Part shown: piece after piece, positions 1 through 11,605 of the stretch
Layout of the letters: each line of letters opens with the position of its first letter
How positions within the stretch are numbered: position 1 is the first letter of the stretch
From: Felis catus
Lineage: Eukaryota
DNA length: 64,000 nucleotides
Reading direction: 5' to 3'
NCBI RefSeq assembly: GCF_018350175.1
Contig: NC_058368.1
Span: 34,412,001-34,476,000, forward strand
Made by a program: the position numbers and the translations under genes
Notes under the pieces: generated by a model
Told to the model about the DNA's origin: nothing
Databases searched by the model: none
The model's input: the letters and a program-made list of their open reading frames with translations, nothing else

Positions 1-524
1 ATTCTCTCTTCCCTTCTTTTCCTGAAATGCAAAGCTGGTAGAGCTTGTAAGAATCTCAGCCCTACGTCTCAATCACTGATAGAATATATCAAGTCTAGTG
101 TCTAACACAACTGGGATGACTGAAACACCTACTTTGAGGGAAAAGTTGAATATTGTCTGGCAGTTGCACTTGACAGGAAGTGAACAGCATATTAATCTCT
201 ATGTCTAGTGTTCAAAGAATGAAAGAAAAGTCTGACTCAGAGAGGAAATATATCTAACGGTCTCTGTAAACCCCTGATCACACATGTAAAAGAAAAATGA
301 TCAATTTCCTTTTAGCATCTTTCCTTCCATTCCCTGTGGTAGTTAATAGTATAGTCAACAGTAATAGCTAAGTCTACATATTTTTCCAACATAATAAAAT
401 GGGTGCATGTATGTATATAATAAATATCACACATTCACAATACTCTGGTTTACTTTAGCAAAAAGGATGGCACTATAAAGATTATGCTGCAACTTGCATT
501 TTTAAAAATAACCTTATTCTGGTA

Positions 525-915
525 CATTTTTAGATTCATAGCATTATTGTGAAGAAAGTGCACAGAGTTCCCAAATACTTCACGCCCAGTTTCCTCTATT
601 ATTAACAATTTACATTAGTATGTTACATTTGTCAAACTGATGAACCATAATTGACACATTATTATTAACTAAAGTCCACAGTTCATTCAGATTTTTGGGG
701 GTGCTTCCCCTAATGCCTTTTGTCTGTTCCACGATCCCATGTAGCGTACTTCATTACATTTAGTTCTCATGCCTCCTTAACTTTCTCTAGGCTGTGTAAG
801 TTTCTCAGACGCTTCTTGTTTTCAACGGTTTGAGAAGTTTTAAGAACTACTGGTGAGGCATTTTATAGAATGCCCCTCAATTAGAATTTTATGATTTTTT
901 TTCTCATGATTAGAC
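525..915 (-). mobile_element. Old L1 3' UTR fragment (L1MC/L1MD-like)
   Basis: Antisense L1M 3'-end motifs 'tgaaccataattgacacattattattaactaaagtccaca' and 'ctgtgtaagtttctcagac...gcattttatagaatgcccctcaatt'. Confidence 0.75.
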
Positions 916-1285
916 ATCCGTGCTATGTTATGATCAGTGTTATAGAGCAGAGTGTCTAAGATAAGGCAATCTGAGTTGGTAGTCCTGGGTCTGCCACTAA
1001 ATAATTATTCAATCATTAGGAAGTTTCTATTTTTCACTGTTAACATATAAGTATTTTATAACCTGAAAAATATAGGCATATTTGCATATGTGCATATATG
1101 TCCATATGTGTGCACATTTGTGTATATGTGTATGTACATATATAGACACACATATAAAATGAAAATACAACATTATCATTTTATTTGCTGTGAACTCTTC
1201 AGACTTGAGATAACTCTTTTGTTCTTTCTTGAAATCCTGATCATTTACTAACTTGGTTCCTGACCCATGGGATTTTGAAAATTCT

Positions 1286-1395
1286 TTTTTGTTTTAAAGA
1301 TTTTATTTTTAGGTAATCTCTGGACCCAATGTGGGGGTTGAATTTATAACCCCAACAGTCACATGTTTCACATGTCCTATCTAGCCATGCACCCC
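1286..1395 (-). mobile_element. Short, old CAN-SINE (tRNA head plus tail, no CT tract)
   Basis: 'aaagattttatttttaggtaatctctggacccaatgtgggggttgaa...gcacccc' matches the antisense short carnivore SINE form. Confidence 0.75.
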
Positions 1396-2721
1396 AGGAA
1401 TATTCTAAATTCTTACTAAAGAAATAAATTTTGAACAAAACAATAAAACTTCTGGCAAACAGATAAATATTATGAAGAATTTCTAACAACATTACCTTTA
1501 TCTATTGCAGAAAAGATAGCCTAAAACTTTGTGTAAAGTCATGAATGCAGGTATCCAAATATAATCTGCATCAACGATTTGGTGAGGACTTTATGGTGGG
1601 CCAACGAAATGGGAGGTTATACTCAGTGAACTAAGATGTTTTCCAGCAGCGTGCTTCTGATGAAACAGAGGGCTCGAACTATGACTAAAGAAATTATTTT
1701 CAAAGCTGTATTCCCTATAAATTATAAACTAGTAGGAAATATTACAATTAATTTCAATTGAATTTAGCTAATATATGTTCTCTATGATGTGCTCAGAAAT
1801 GCCCTAAGTGCCATGGAGGGATAAAATGAACAAAGATAAAAGATATTTCCTCCAGTTTATTGAAAAAATGGAGACATATTAGAGAGATAACAACCTAAAA
1901 TAGTGTAAGATTTGAGCTCTAATGAGTAGCACAGAAATAAAGCTACCTGGAGGGTGGGACCCTCAGAGCCAGGATTCTTCCTTAGCTGAGTCATCTGAGG
2001 ATCCGAGGTTCCAATTACTCATCTAATGAGTACTCACTCACAGGCAATCTTAAGATGTTCAGATGCTGACAACTGAAAATTTATAGATAATTCAATAAAT
2101 TATAGTAGTTACATATTTGATATTCTACTTAAAAATTCCTTTTGTGTATGTAATCGAAAAGTAAAATGAAATAGATGTATTTTATCGTTGCAATATATTT
2201 TTTTCAAATTGTTATTAAGCTCTCACTTACTTTCTCATAAAAACTGTAGTGTAATTAATAAGTAAATATAATTAAAAAATGAATTTAAGTAATCACAAGA
2301 AACTTTAATTTTTAATTATGAAATGACAAAGTCGTGATGGTTAGGCAGTATTTCTGATTTCTCATCCTGTGAAACTGCCATTTGTTAACAAGTTGCTCAA
2401 AGTATGTTGTTTACATTGAGATGTTTCTGTGTTTTATATTTTTTTTATGAATTCTGCTTAAAAATTAGTACTGATGCAGCATCGATTTAAGGAAGTTGCT
2501 TAAAAAAATGGAAAATTCATATGCGTACCTTTAAGCATCTCTTTCAACCACTTAATGAAATAAAGTTTGACTATGCAAAAGTTTGGAATGCATTTTCACG
2601 CAAATAAATTGACATACTTCAACTGCATTTCCAAAGTGTGATTCATTAAGTTCCTTTGTTCAGAATCTACACTAATCCCTCAACGACAGTATTTAGAAGC
2701 AGTGTGTTATTCTCTCACCAG

Positions 2722-2851
2722 CAGTGAGTGTCGCTAAGGCAGCGCTTTTGTTGTCATGGCAGTGATGGATCATCAATGTTCAGTGGAAGACCTGTAATTT
2801 GCGAAGTGAATGACAGCAGCATCGAAAATGCACTGCAGTGGCCTTTTCTAG
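2722..2851 (+). other. Candidate exon (non-coding or micro-ORF) in unique DNA
   Basis: Acceptor 'ttattctctcaccag' (NAGNAG) and donor TAG|GTGAGT; local CpG retention. Confidence 0.3.
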
Positions 2852-4369
2852 GTGAGTTGGAAGCTTGCGGTAGGAGAGTTTTCTCTCTTTAAGTCATGTT
2901 TTATTTTAGGCTTCACACCGGGTTTGACATTTAGATTCAGAGGGTATAAATGAGATCTTCAGGTTTTGAACTTAAAATAAATCCTCATGTAATAGAGCAG
3001 TAAATGTTTTAGTTTTCAAAGAATGCTAAGATTCATTTAATCAGGATACAAGTGCTGAGCAAGCCTTGGTATCTCCCAATTGAAATCTAGATCATTATCT
3101 TTTTCTGTTTGATGTATCTGGAGGGTTGAACAAAAGAGGAAGATGAAGAAGAGGGAAAAAGTACCCAGAATTTCTTAAGAAGCAGAATTTATTTTTGTCA
3201 TTATTTTTCTTCCATAGACAAAGTCAATTATTCTTTAGCCTAGAGTTGAGCTTCCCTCTATTCTGTGACTGTTCAATTTTCAAGATGCAGCACAGGTTCA
3301 AAGTCCTTATGAACCTTCCACTGACCAAAGAACTTAACCAAATTTCTCCTCTTTGAACTTCTACAGTGTATCTGCTATTGAGTTGTAAATTGGTAGAGTG
3401 AAGAATTCATAACCGTTTTCCTTACTGGGGTAATTTCTTAAGTAGTACATAGTAGCTATTTAATAAGTATGTGTCACATCATTAATTGCTTAAAAATCAA
3501 AATACCATTATTACATTACAAAACTACTGGTTAAACTTAATCATGTCCCTATTTGGCTATTAATTTTCTCACGCTTATGTCTTCACCAAATAGATGGTGA
3601 GCTCCCAAGAGAGAGGAGATATGTTCAATACATCTATGAGTTATAAATAGCAAATTAAATATATTATATTTAATGCCTCTTATAGAGCGTGCACAATGCT
3701 ATGCATACATAGACTATCTACTGCATAGCTGATATACAATAAATATTTAATGATAAAAATAGTTGCATACACTATTATTAAATATTTGCAAACAAAAGAA
3801 AGCATGTAACACAAAACATTAATTCCAAACCGCTACGTTAATTTGCATTGGCAAAACATGATATACCCCCAAGCAGCAACTGTGATTTGACAGATGTGTC
3901 CCTGATTTGAGTGGAACATTTCTATAAAGTAGGACGTGTGAGTACTATTTTAAATTGCTTTGTCATAGACCCTGGAGCAGTCATAATTTTTAGTTACTCT
4001 GGTTTCTCTACACTAAATGCAAGTAGCAATTCCTGTCATCTGTACAACTTACAGTCATGCGATGATCTTAATATACTGAATCCTATTAGCTAAGACCTTA
4101 AATGTTGCCAAAAGGCATTCACTATGTACAGGACAATAATCCTGTGTCATTTTCTGTTCGGGTCCTTGACTAAGAAGTTAACACAAACTTACCTGCCACT
4201 CATTTACTCACTCGACTAATAAATATTGAGCACCCCTGAATGACCTGCTGTGCAAACAAATGATTTTACTATAATTCGAGCAGGTATTATATCGTAGGTA
4301 CATAAAAAGTGCAATAAGTTCACAGAGAAAGGAGCTACACAATTCTTCTGGGGGAAATTAGCAGGCATA

Positions 4370-5560
4370 CTTTAACTATTGTGTACTCCAGTTTCAGAAA
4401 AGCATTGTAAACGCATTCATGACTGCTTGATTGTAAACTTGTGGAATATAAATTGGGTGATAGCAGAGAAAGGGAAATTCACACCTGGCTTAACATCCTC
4501 ATGCAAACAATTAGGCAATGGCAATCTCCAGCAGGGTGCCACAGGGATCAATGCTTGTCTCAGGTTTATCATTTTTAGTTTTGAATTAATCGGCAAGAAA
4601 CAGAGTCTGATTATTAAATTTGTAGGTGCCACAAAACTGGGCAATATTACAAATACTGTTGGCACAGAATTAACAGTAAACGGTAAATCTTGAAAGACTA
4701 ACACAATATGCTGAAATCAACAAGATGAAATATAACAGGGTAAATATGCTGCAAAGGATGTAAAGTTGAGTGCTAAAACTCTCAACTCGAGTAAAGAAAT
4801 AAAGGATTGAAAATATCTGAGTCTGCAACATTTTTTTAAGCTAACCCACTGTGGGTGAATGAGATCAAAAAAATCTTCACGGGCCCTAATCACTGATGTA
4901 TTGTCTCTGAAAAAAAACTCTGAGCACAATTTTTGGCTGTACAGATGGACTGTTCTGGACAAAGGATAGGACATGTATTCTCTATTCTACATGTGCGTAT
5001 TGTATATATATCAAATTTACTTTTGGTAAGCTACATTTTAAAAACATCTCTAACAAATTATAGGAAGGCACTAAAGGAGGATGTAAAGAACGATGAGGAA
5101 GTAATCTAGAAATCATGGTACCTCTTGAAGTCGATGGTTGCTGATGGGTTTCAAAACAATGTCAAACAAAATACAATTAAAGGACTTGGGTATTTCTTAC
5201 AGGAAGAAAACAGTAAAGGGAAGCATGACAGTTGCTTTCAAATATTTGAAAGCTATTATGTTGCAGAGGTGATTTGTTAAGTATGGCTGCAACAGGCAGA
5301 GTGGACAGATGATACAGAGAATTAGTTAAGATGTCGACTGAATATCTGAAATGTGTGAGAAGGGAGATTTTTATGCATTTTTATTCATTGCTCTACCCCA
5401 GCTTTTACAAATAAGTCTAGTTCGTGGAAGGAACCCAACAAATATTTTTGAATATATTAATGAATGAATAGGTAATAAAGTATAAAAGCCTGATCTGCTG
5501 AAAAAGAGAATGAGGGTTCTCAGTGGGTAGCAGATGAGATTCCTGCTATCTAAGTAGAAC
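4370..5560 (+). mobile_element. Ancient L3/CR1 LINE ORF2 (reverse transcriptase) relic
   Basis: Collinear degenerate motifs: VYSSFRKAL at 4381 (~VYLDFSKAF), ISSRVPQGSML at 4524 (~VSSGVPQGSVL) and LIIKFVGATKLG (~LIKFADDTKLG). CR1 C-terminal-like 'atgacagttgctttcaaatatttgaaag' near 5225. Confidence 0.85.
5345..5470 (+). mobile_element. L2 3' end inserted in the CR1 relic
   Basis: Ends with the L2 terminus 'caacaaatatttttgaatatattaatgaatgaat'. Confidence 0.7.
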
Positions 5561-7069
5561 TAGTGTCAGAAAAAGGCAACTGAAATGATTCCGCTCTAAA
5601 CATGGAAATAAAATTTCATAGTGAAGACTGAAAAAATACCATATTGGGATTTTTTTTTAAAAACTAAAATTGCCAAAGTTTTATCTGATAGCCAACAAAT
5701 TTTAAGTTGTAGAAATTACAAGTTAACTTAGACTGAATCAGTTAACTTAGACTGGTATATTTTGGGTGTGTACGTAATTTTGTAATGCAATTTTATAATG
5801 TGGTATTTTTCAATTCATGTTAGACTTTGGCAATATAAAGAGGATCATTCTTGAGACTATCTAGTTCACTCCATGAATTACTCCAGTCTCCTTTCTTAAT
5901 TCTTTGGTATTCAAGTTGCCCTCTTTGGGAATGTTCAGAATGTTATAAATTTTTTCAATGTCACTGCTTCAAAAATTGATTAAACTTTCTGATCCTCATT
6001 TGTAAAGGCTTTGCATGCAATCCAAAGCATTCTCATTCATCCTTATCATCTTTTTTTTTTGGTATGAACTCCTACAACTTTTGAAATATTTACACTTAAT
6101 TTTATCATTAATTTTTAATATATTTCAATATGGAATCAATTTGTACAATATTTGACTGTCAGCAAGAATCTTCATAGTTACTGTTATGCTGGAAATGGTT
6201 GTGGACAATTTTGTAAGTGATGCTACAAATGATTACTCACTTATAAGTGATGAGTGCATTTTGTGTTGCTATACTATGATCAATTTTACTTCCCTAAACA
6301 ACTTTAGATTGAAGTAATTTAATAATATTTGTAGAGGAAGGCTCCTCTCTAAAATAAGAGCTAGTTAATCATTAATCAGGAGAAAACATCTATATTAAGT
6401 GGGAGATTTAACTTAATGATATGTAATATTCTATTAAGATTTAAGTTTGACTTTGCAACAGACACACATGTACCATGCTGAGTCAATTTTATCACTTAGC
6501 CCCAGTATAGCTTAGTTTATGTCACTACATGTCTTAATTTAGAGTTACCCAATTATTTCTATTATGTTAGATTGAATCTATTGTGCTTGGCTATTTATTT
6601 TTCACTCCGATTCTGACCTAGAATTTGTTAGTTAGAACTTTCAAATTTATATCATGCAAAAATTTGAGCAATAAGACTGAAGACATAAACTGAGTAGCTC
6701 TCCTTATAATTTCCCCAGTAACTTGTACATTTCAAACCATCTAGTTGTACAATCAGTACTTGGACCCATCTCTCCATCCTCCTCATTTATTTTTTTTATG
6801 AAGAGGTATAAACACTCCCAAAGTGTTTATTTGCTTCCTATTTGCATGGCTTTCTGATTGTTCTTTTACCTCAGCTTTTATATTGAAGGAATGATTCCAT
6901 TCCCCCGAGAATGAGTATCTGAAAAGCAGAAGAGAGAAGTTGGAACTGGTCTTTTCAACTTGGAGGGGATTTCCAGCGGGGTCCTATACTCTCTGATCCT
7001 TTTCCATGTACCATACTTCAGAATACTTACATCTTTTGCTATTATTCGTGCTGATACTTTCCATATGGC

Positions 7070-7275
7070 AATAATATTAATAGAAGTACCTATTACTTAC
7101 AAAATGCCAATGCTTCAGACATTGTGACTATCTCCAAGAGCTATAACATGAAAGGTATTTAATATTATCTTCAATTTACAGATTAAGAAATTGAAGATTA
7201 AGAGAGTTAAATAATAAGACACTATCTCTCAGGAATGGAATGCCAAAATCAGGATTCTGATACAGTTCTTTCAGG
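7070..7275 (-). mobile_element. MIR
   Basis: Core 'attatcttcaatttacagattaagaaattgaagattaagagagttaaataa'. Confidence 0.75.
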
Positions 7276-7632
7276 TTTCAAATGTTTCTTCCCCTTTAGC
7301 ACCTTCCCCTCTTCTCCTCAATACTAAGTCATAAATTAGATTTGAACTAACCTTGGGTAAATTTTGGAAGCAAAGACTAGTTTTCCTCTTACACATGTCT
7401 CTCCACATGCTTTTGAGGACTTGTTATCTGAGACCTGAATTCAATTAATCACATCTATCAGGAAACTTGCAGATACTGTACAGGGGTTCACTGTATGTTA
7501 AATTAATATGTCTTTTTTTTTGTGGACTACCATGACATTCCCACTTGAAAAAGACAGACCATTAAACATTTTATTTATTACTTTTGGCAGCCAGTTTCAG
7601 CCAACTGCCTGTGCTTTTTGTTTCATTTATAG

Positions 7633-7798
7633 CATGACAGAAAGGACAATGGGGCTGCCGGGCAGGCTCCCACATTTTGGGATTCTGCTCTGTGCACAGC
7701 TTTTCTGCTGCCATTTTGGAGGAAGAAAGGGACCTATGACAATAGTTACGACAGCAGATGTGATTTTTATGTGGTACCAGCTCTTTCCCACTGCAAAG
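7633..7798 (+). other. Candidate 166-nt exon and/or enhancer
   Basis: Polypyrimidine acceptor 'gctttttgtttcatttatag' and consensus donor AAG|GTAAGT; unique sequence, more GC-rich than its flanks. Confidence 0.4.
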
Positions 7799-8569
7799 GT
7801 AAGTACTATCTAAAGTTGACACTAAAAATGCAGAGAGCACCATGCCAAAATTCATCTGGTCTATTGCAAAGAGAGCTTTATAGAATTACAATGAGAATAA
7901 TAAACACTTTATTTAGAAAGCTATAGTTTCATTAATAGGTGAAAAGTCCACACTAGAAACAGGTAGAGAAGATAGTAAACCAAATAACTTCATTCTCAGT
8001 GTATCCTTTTCCTGTTGGTACAAATGGAAATTAGGCTTCCATTTCTATCCACTCTAATCATTTATGGGACATTCTGTACAGTAGTCACTGGGCTGGCAGC
8101 TGTGAGAATGAAGAATCTGATGGTGATACAGCCTCCTTTCAAGGAAGGACATGGTTTATATTCGAGACTGGAACTTGGACACCAACTGTTGTGTAAGAGC
8201 TTGCGCTGTGCATATAACAAAAGTGCATGTATCACGGGAGAACTTTGGAAAGAGAATGGAGAGGAATGTAAGTTTTTTATTTTTAATTTGTTCTTTGAAG
8301 GATGGATGGAATTTGATTAATAGAAGAATATATAGTGGGGAAAAGTGAGAAGTAGAATTGAGATATAGGAGTGGGATGGCTAGTTGACTATTTGAGGAGC
8401 TGAGGAAAATGGGAATGACTCGAATTCACAGATGATGAAGTCAGAAGTTAAATTTGTCCTACTGTAGATGACTTAGAATGTCAGGTTACTGTATTTCTTA
8501 CTTAATAATAAAGAGACAGTAAAGGTTTTAAGCAGGTGAGCTAGTGCTAAAAAATATGGGGAAAAATTA

Positions 8570-8845
8570 CGGTAATAAAGAGCTCAGTAGTCTAGCATTC
8601 GGATTAGGAAGGTGGGCCGTGAGGTCATTCTGCCTTGGGTCATACATTCACTTCTCCCCCTGGAAGCTATGTTGTCCATGAGACTTACTATTCCTTTTCC
8701 ATTCTTTTTCTGTGTTTTGTTAAACCAAGAGAATATTGATTATATGCCTATCTAACAGCAGTGTTGCAAGAACTAAATATGATAATACAGGAAAAGAATG
8801 AATGCAGGATGATCCACAGAGTAAGTACTCTAAAAAAGTTGGCTG
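8570..8845 (+). mobile_element. MIR (degraded)
   Basis: 3' part 'gtgttgcaagaactaaatatgataatacaggaaaag...acagagtaagtactc' resembles the MIR tail. Confidence 0.55.
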
Positions 8846-8855
8846 CAAATGATAT

Positions 8856-9070
8856 AAGTTGTTATTTAAATGCCAGTTAGTTAACAAACAGTGTAATATT
8901 AGTTTTAGGTGTACAATTTAGTGATTCAGCACTTCCATAAATCACTCGGCGCTCATCACAAGAAATATACTCCTTAATCCTCATCACCTATTTCACCCTC
9001 CCCCCCCCCACCTACCTCCCTCTGGTTACCATCAGTTTATACTCGATAGTTAAGAGTCTGTTTCTTAGTT

Positions 9071-9110
<40 letters not shown>

Positions 9111-9600
9111 CTTCCTTTGTTCATTTGTTTTCTTTCTTCAGTTCCTCAATGAGGAAATCATATGGTATTTGTCTTTCTCTGACTTATTTCGGTTAGCATA
9201 ATACTCTCTAGCTCCATCCATGCCATGGCAAATGGTAAGATTTCATTATTTTTGATGGCCGAGTAATATTCCATAGCATATATATACCACAGCTTCTTTT
9301 TCCACTCATCAGTCAGGCTGATGGCATATTGTAGATAATGCTGCTATAAACATCTGGTACATATATATCTTTGAATTAGTATTTTCATATTCTTTGGGTA
9401 AATACCTAGTTATGCAATTGCTGGAGCATACAGTAGTTCTATTTTTAACTTTTGGAGGAATCTCCATACTGTTTTCCAGAGTGGATGAGCCAGTTTGCAT
9501 TCCCAGAAATAGTTCAAGAGGGTCTCTCTTTCTCCACATCCTCACCAACACCTGTTATTTCTTGTGTTGTTGATTTTAGCCATTCTGACTGGTGTGAGGT
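8856..9600 (-). mobile_element. Carnivore L1 3' end (non-inverted arm of a 5'-inverted insertion)
   Basis: Antisense carnivore L1 terminus 'ttatttaaatgccagttagttaac...'; ORF 9309-9551(-) resembles frameshifted ORF2 C-terminus. Confidence 0.93.
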
Positions 9601-10380
9601 CACCACATTAATGAAAGAAAGGATAAGAACCATATGATCATTTCAAAAGATTTAGAAAAAGCATTTGACAAAGTACAACATCCATTCATGATAAAAGCCC
9701 TCAACAAAGTAGGTTTAGAGGGAACATATCTCAATATAATAAATCCACATATGAAAAACCTGCAGCTAATATCATCCTCAATGGAGAAAACCTGAGAACT
9801 TTTCTTCTATGGTCAGGAAAAAGAGACGTCCACTCTCACCACTGTTATTTAATATAGTACTAGAAGTCCGAGCCTCAGCAATCAGACAACAAAAGGACAA
9901 TAAAAGGCATTCAAATCAGCAAGGAAGAAGTAAAACTTTCACTATTTACAGATAACACGATACTCTATATAGAAAACCCGACAGAGGGATGCCTGGGTGG
10001 TTCAGTCAGTTAAGTGTCCAACTCTTAATTTTGGCTCAGGTCATGATCTTGCAGTTTCGTGTGTTTGAGCCCCATGTTGAGCTCTGCACTGATGGCGTGG
10101 AGCCTGCTAGGGCTTCTTCCTTTCTTTCTGCCACTCCCCTTTGTGCACTCCTTCTGTCTCTTAAAATAAATAAACTTAAAGAAAAAAAGACTCTACCAAA
10201 AGACTGCTAGAACTACTAAATGTAGTCAGTAAAGTCACAGGATACAAAATCAACGTACAGAAATCTGCTGCATTTGTATACGTCAAGAATGAAGCAGCAA
10301 AAAGAGAAAATAAATCAATCTCATTTACAATTGCACAAAAAACCATAAGATACCTAGGAATAAACCTAATAAAAGAGGTG
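9601..10380 (+). mobile_element. L1 ORF2 RT-domain segment (inverted arm), interrupted by a SINE
   Basis: Translates [47 protein letters not shown] (degenerate FADD) and YLGINLIKEV. Confidence 0.93.
9986..10189 (+). mobile_element. CAN-SINE nested in L1 ORF2
   Basis: 'gggatgcctgggtggttcagtcagttaag' head and A-rich tail; L1 resumes at 'agactctacc'. Confidence 0.93.
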
Positions 10381-10979
10381 CAATTGATATTTTCTTATGT
10401 AACATTTTAGTAGCATTTCTAGATATATTTAAATAATGTGAGTGGGAAATGTTTTTGCAAGAAATGTGTCATGGGAGGTAACTGAAAGGTGTTAGGTTTC
10501 TGAAAAGGAAGTCATGGACAATGAGAATAAGTAAGAGAGCTCATGGTCAAGGTAGTGTAGACTGCCCGGAATGCCCACCCAGGTGAAAAAGTGTCCAGCA
10601 TCAAGTCTAACTGCAATGAGGTTGATGTGATATCTCTCAGAAAGAACAAGTGACCAGTAGGTAGTGTATTTTGAGTGTAGACAGTGATGTCATTTTGACT
10701 ATCAGCGACTAATTTACATTTTCCACATTACCCTATAGCCACTGCCTTCAACATTTTCATACAACAAAATATTTTATATATGTTGTTCTAGAAAATAATT
10801 CACAATTTGAATCTCACCTATTTTTCTTCATTTAGCATTGCCACTATTTTCTTTTACAGGTAATAATAAATGAAGAAGAAAAGTTAGGGTAGCAGGGAAA
10901 AAGATGAAGGACAAAAATGAGTATCCTTTAAGCTAGACAGTGTGAATTAAAAGCTTTAGTTAATATGAAAACAAAGGAA

Positions 10980-11232
10980 GTAAGTTCTGGTGATGTAATG
11001 TACAACATGGTGACTACAGTTAATAAACTGTACTACATATTTGGAAGTTGCTAAGAGAGTAAATCTTAATGTTTTCATCACAAGAAAAATATTTCATAGC
11101 TATGTGGTGTGGATGTTAACTAGACTTAGTGTGGTGATCGTTTTTACAATACATACAAATACCAAACCATTGCATTGTATACAAACTAATACAACATTAT
11201 ATGTCAATTATATCTCAACTAAAAAAAATAAA
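10980..11232 (+). mobile_element. L1MA-type 3' end, 5'-truncated
   Basis: 'gttgctaagagagtaaatctt...tatgtcaattatatctcaa' plus A tail; flanks 'aaaacaaaggaa'/'aaaatcaaaaggaa' look like an eroded TSD. Confidence 0.85.
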
Positions 11233-11477
11233 AATCAAAAGGAAAGGCAGAAGTAGTACATTAAAACAGCAATAAAGTTAAATAGTATTTGTATTGGACA
11301 TTTGTGCAATGCTTTGAAATTTTTAATATAAAATTATATACTTTTGAAAATATTATCCTTCCAGGAACACTAAGAAATACAGCAAGCATGTGGCAGAATT
11401 AGAGAGGATCCAGTGAATTACATCCCTTCTCCCTGGCAATATTTGGAGCAAAATGAGAGACGGAAAACAGAAAAACA

Positions 11478-11605
11478 ATTATTCATTCATTCCACAAATA
11501 GTTTCTTAACGCTTACTCCTACTTGTCACTCTTAAGGACACTGGTGGTAAAACGGTGAATGAAACAAAACTATCTGTGATCATGGGAGTTAATGGTCTGC
11601 AGAAG
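11478..11605 (-). mobile_element. L2 3' end
   Basis: 'attcattcattccacaaatagtttcttaacgcttact'. Confidence 0.65.

Noticed and set aside
2758..2830. Possible C/D snoRNA (GTGATGG start)
   Set aside because: Imperfect C box, no terminal CTGA D box and no terminal stem.
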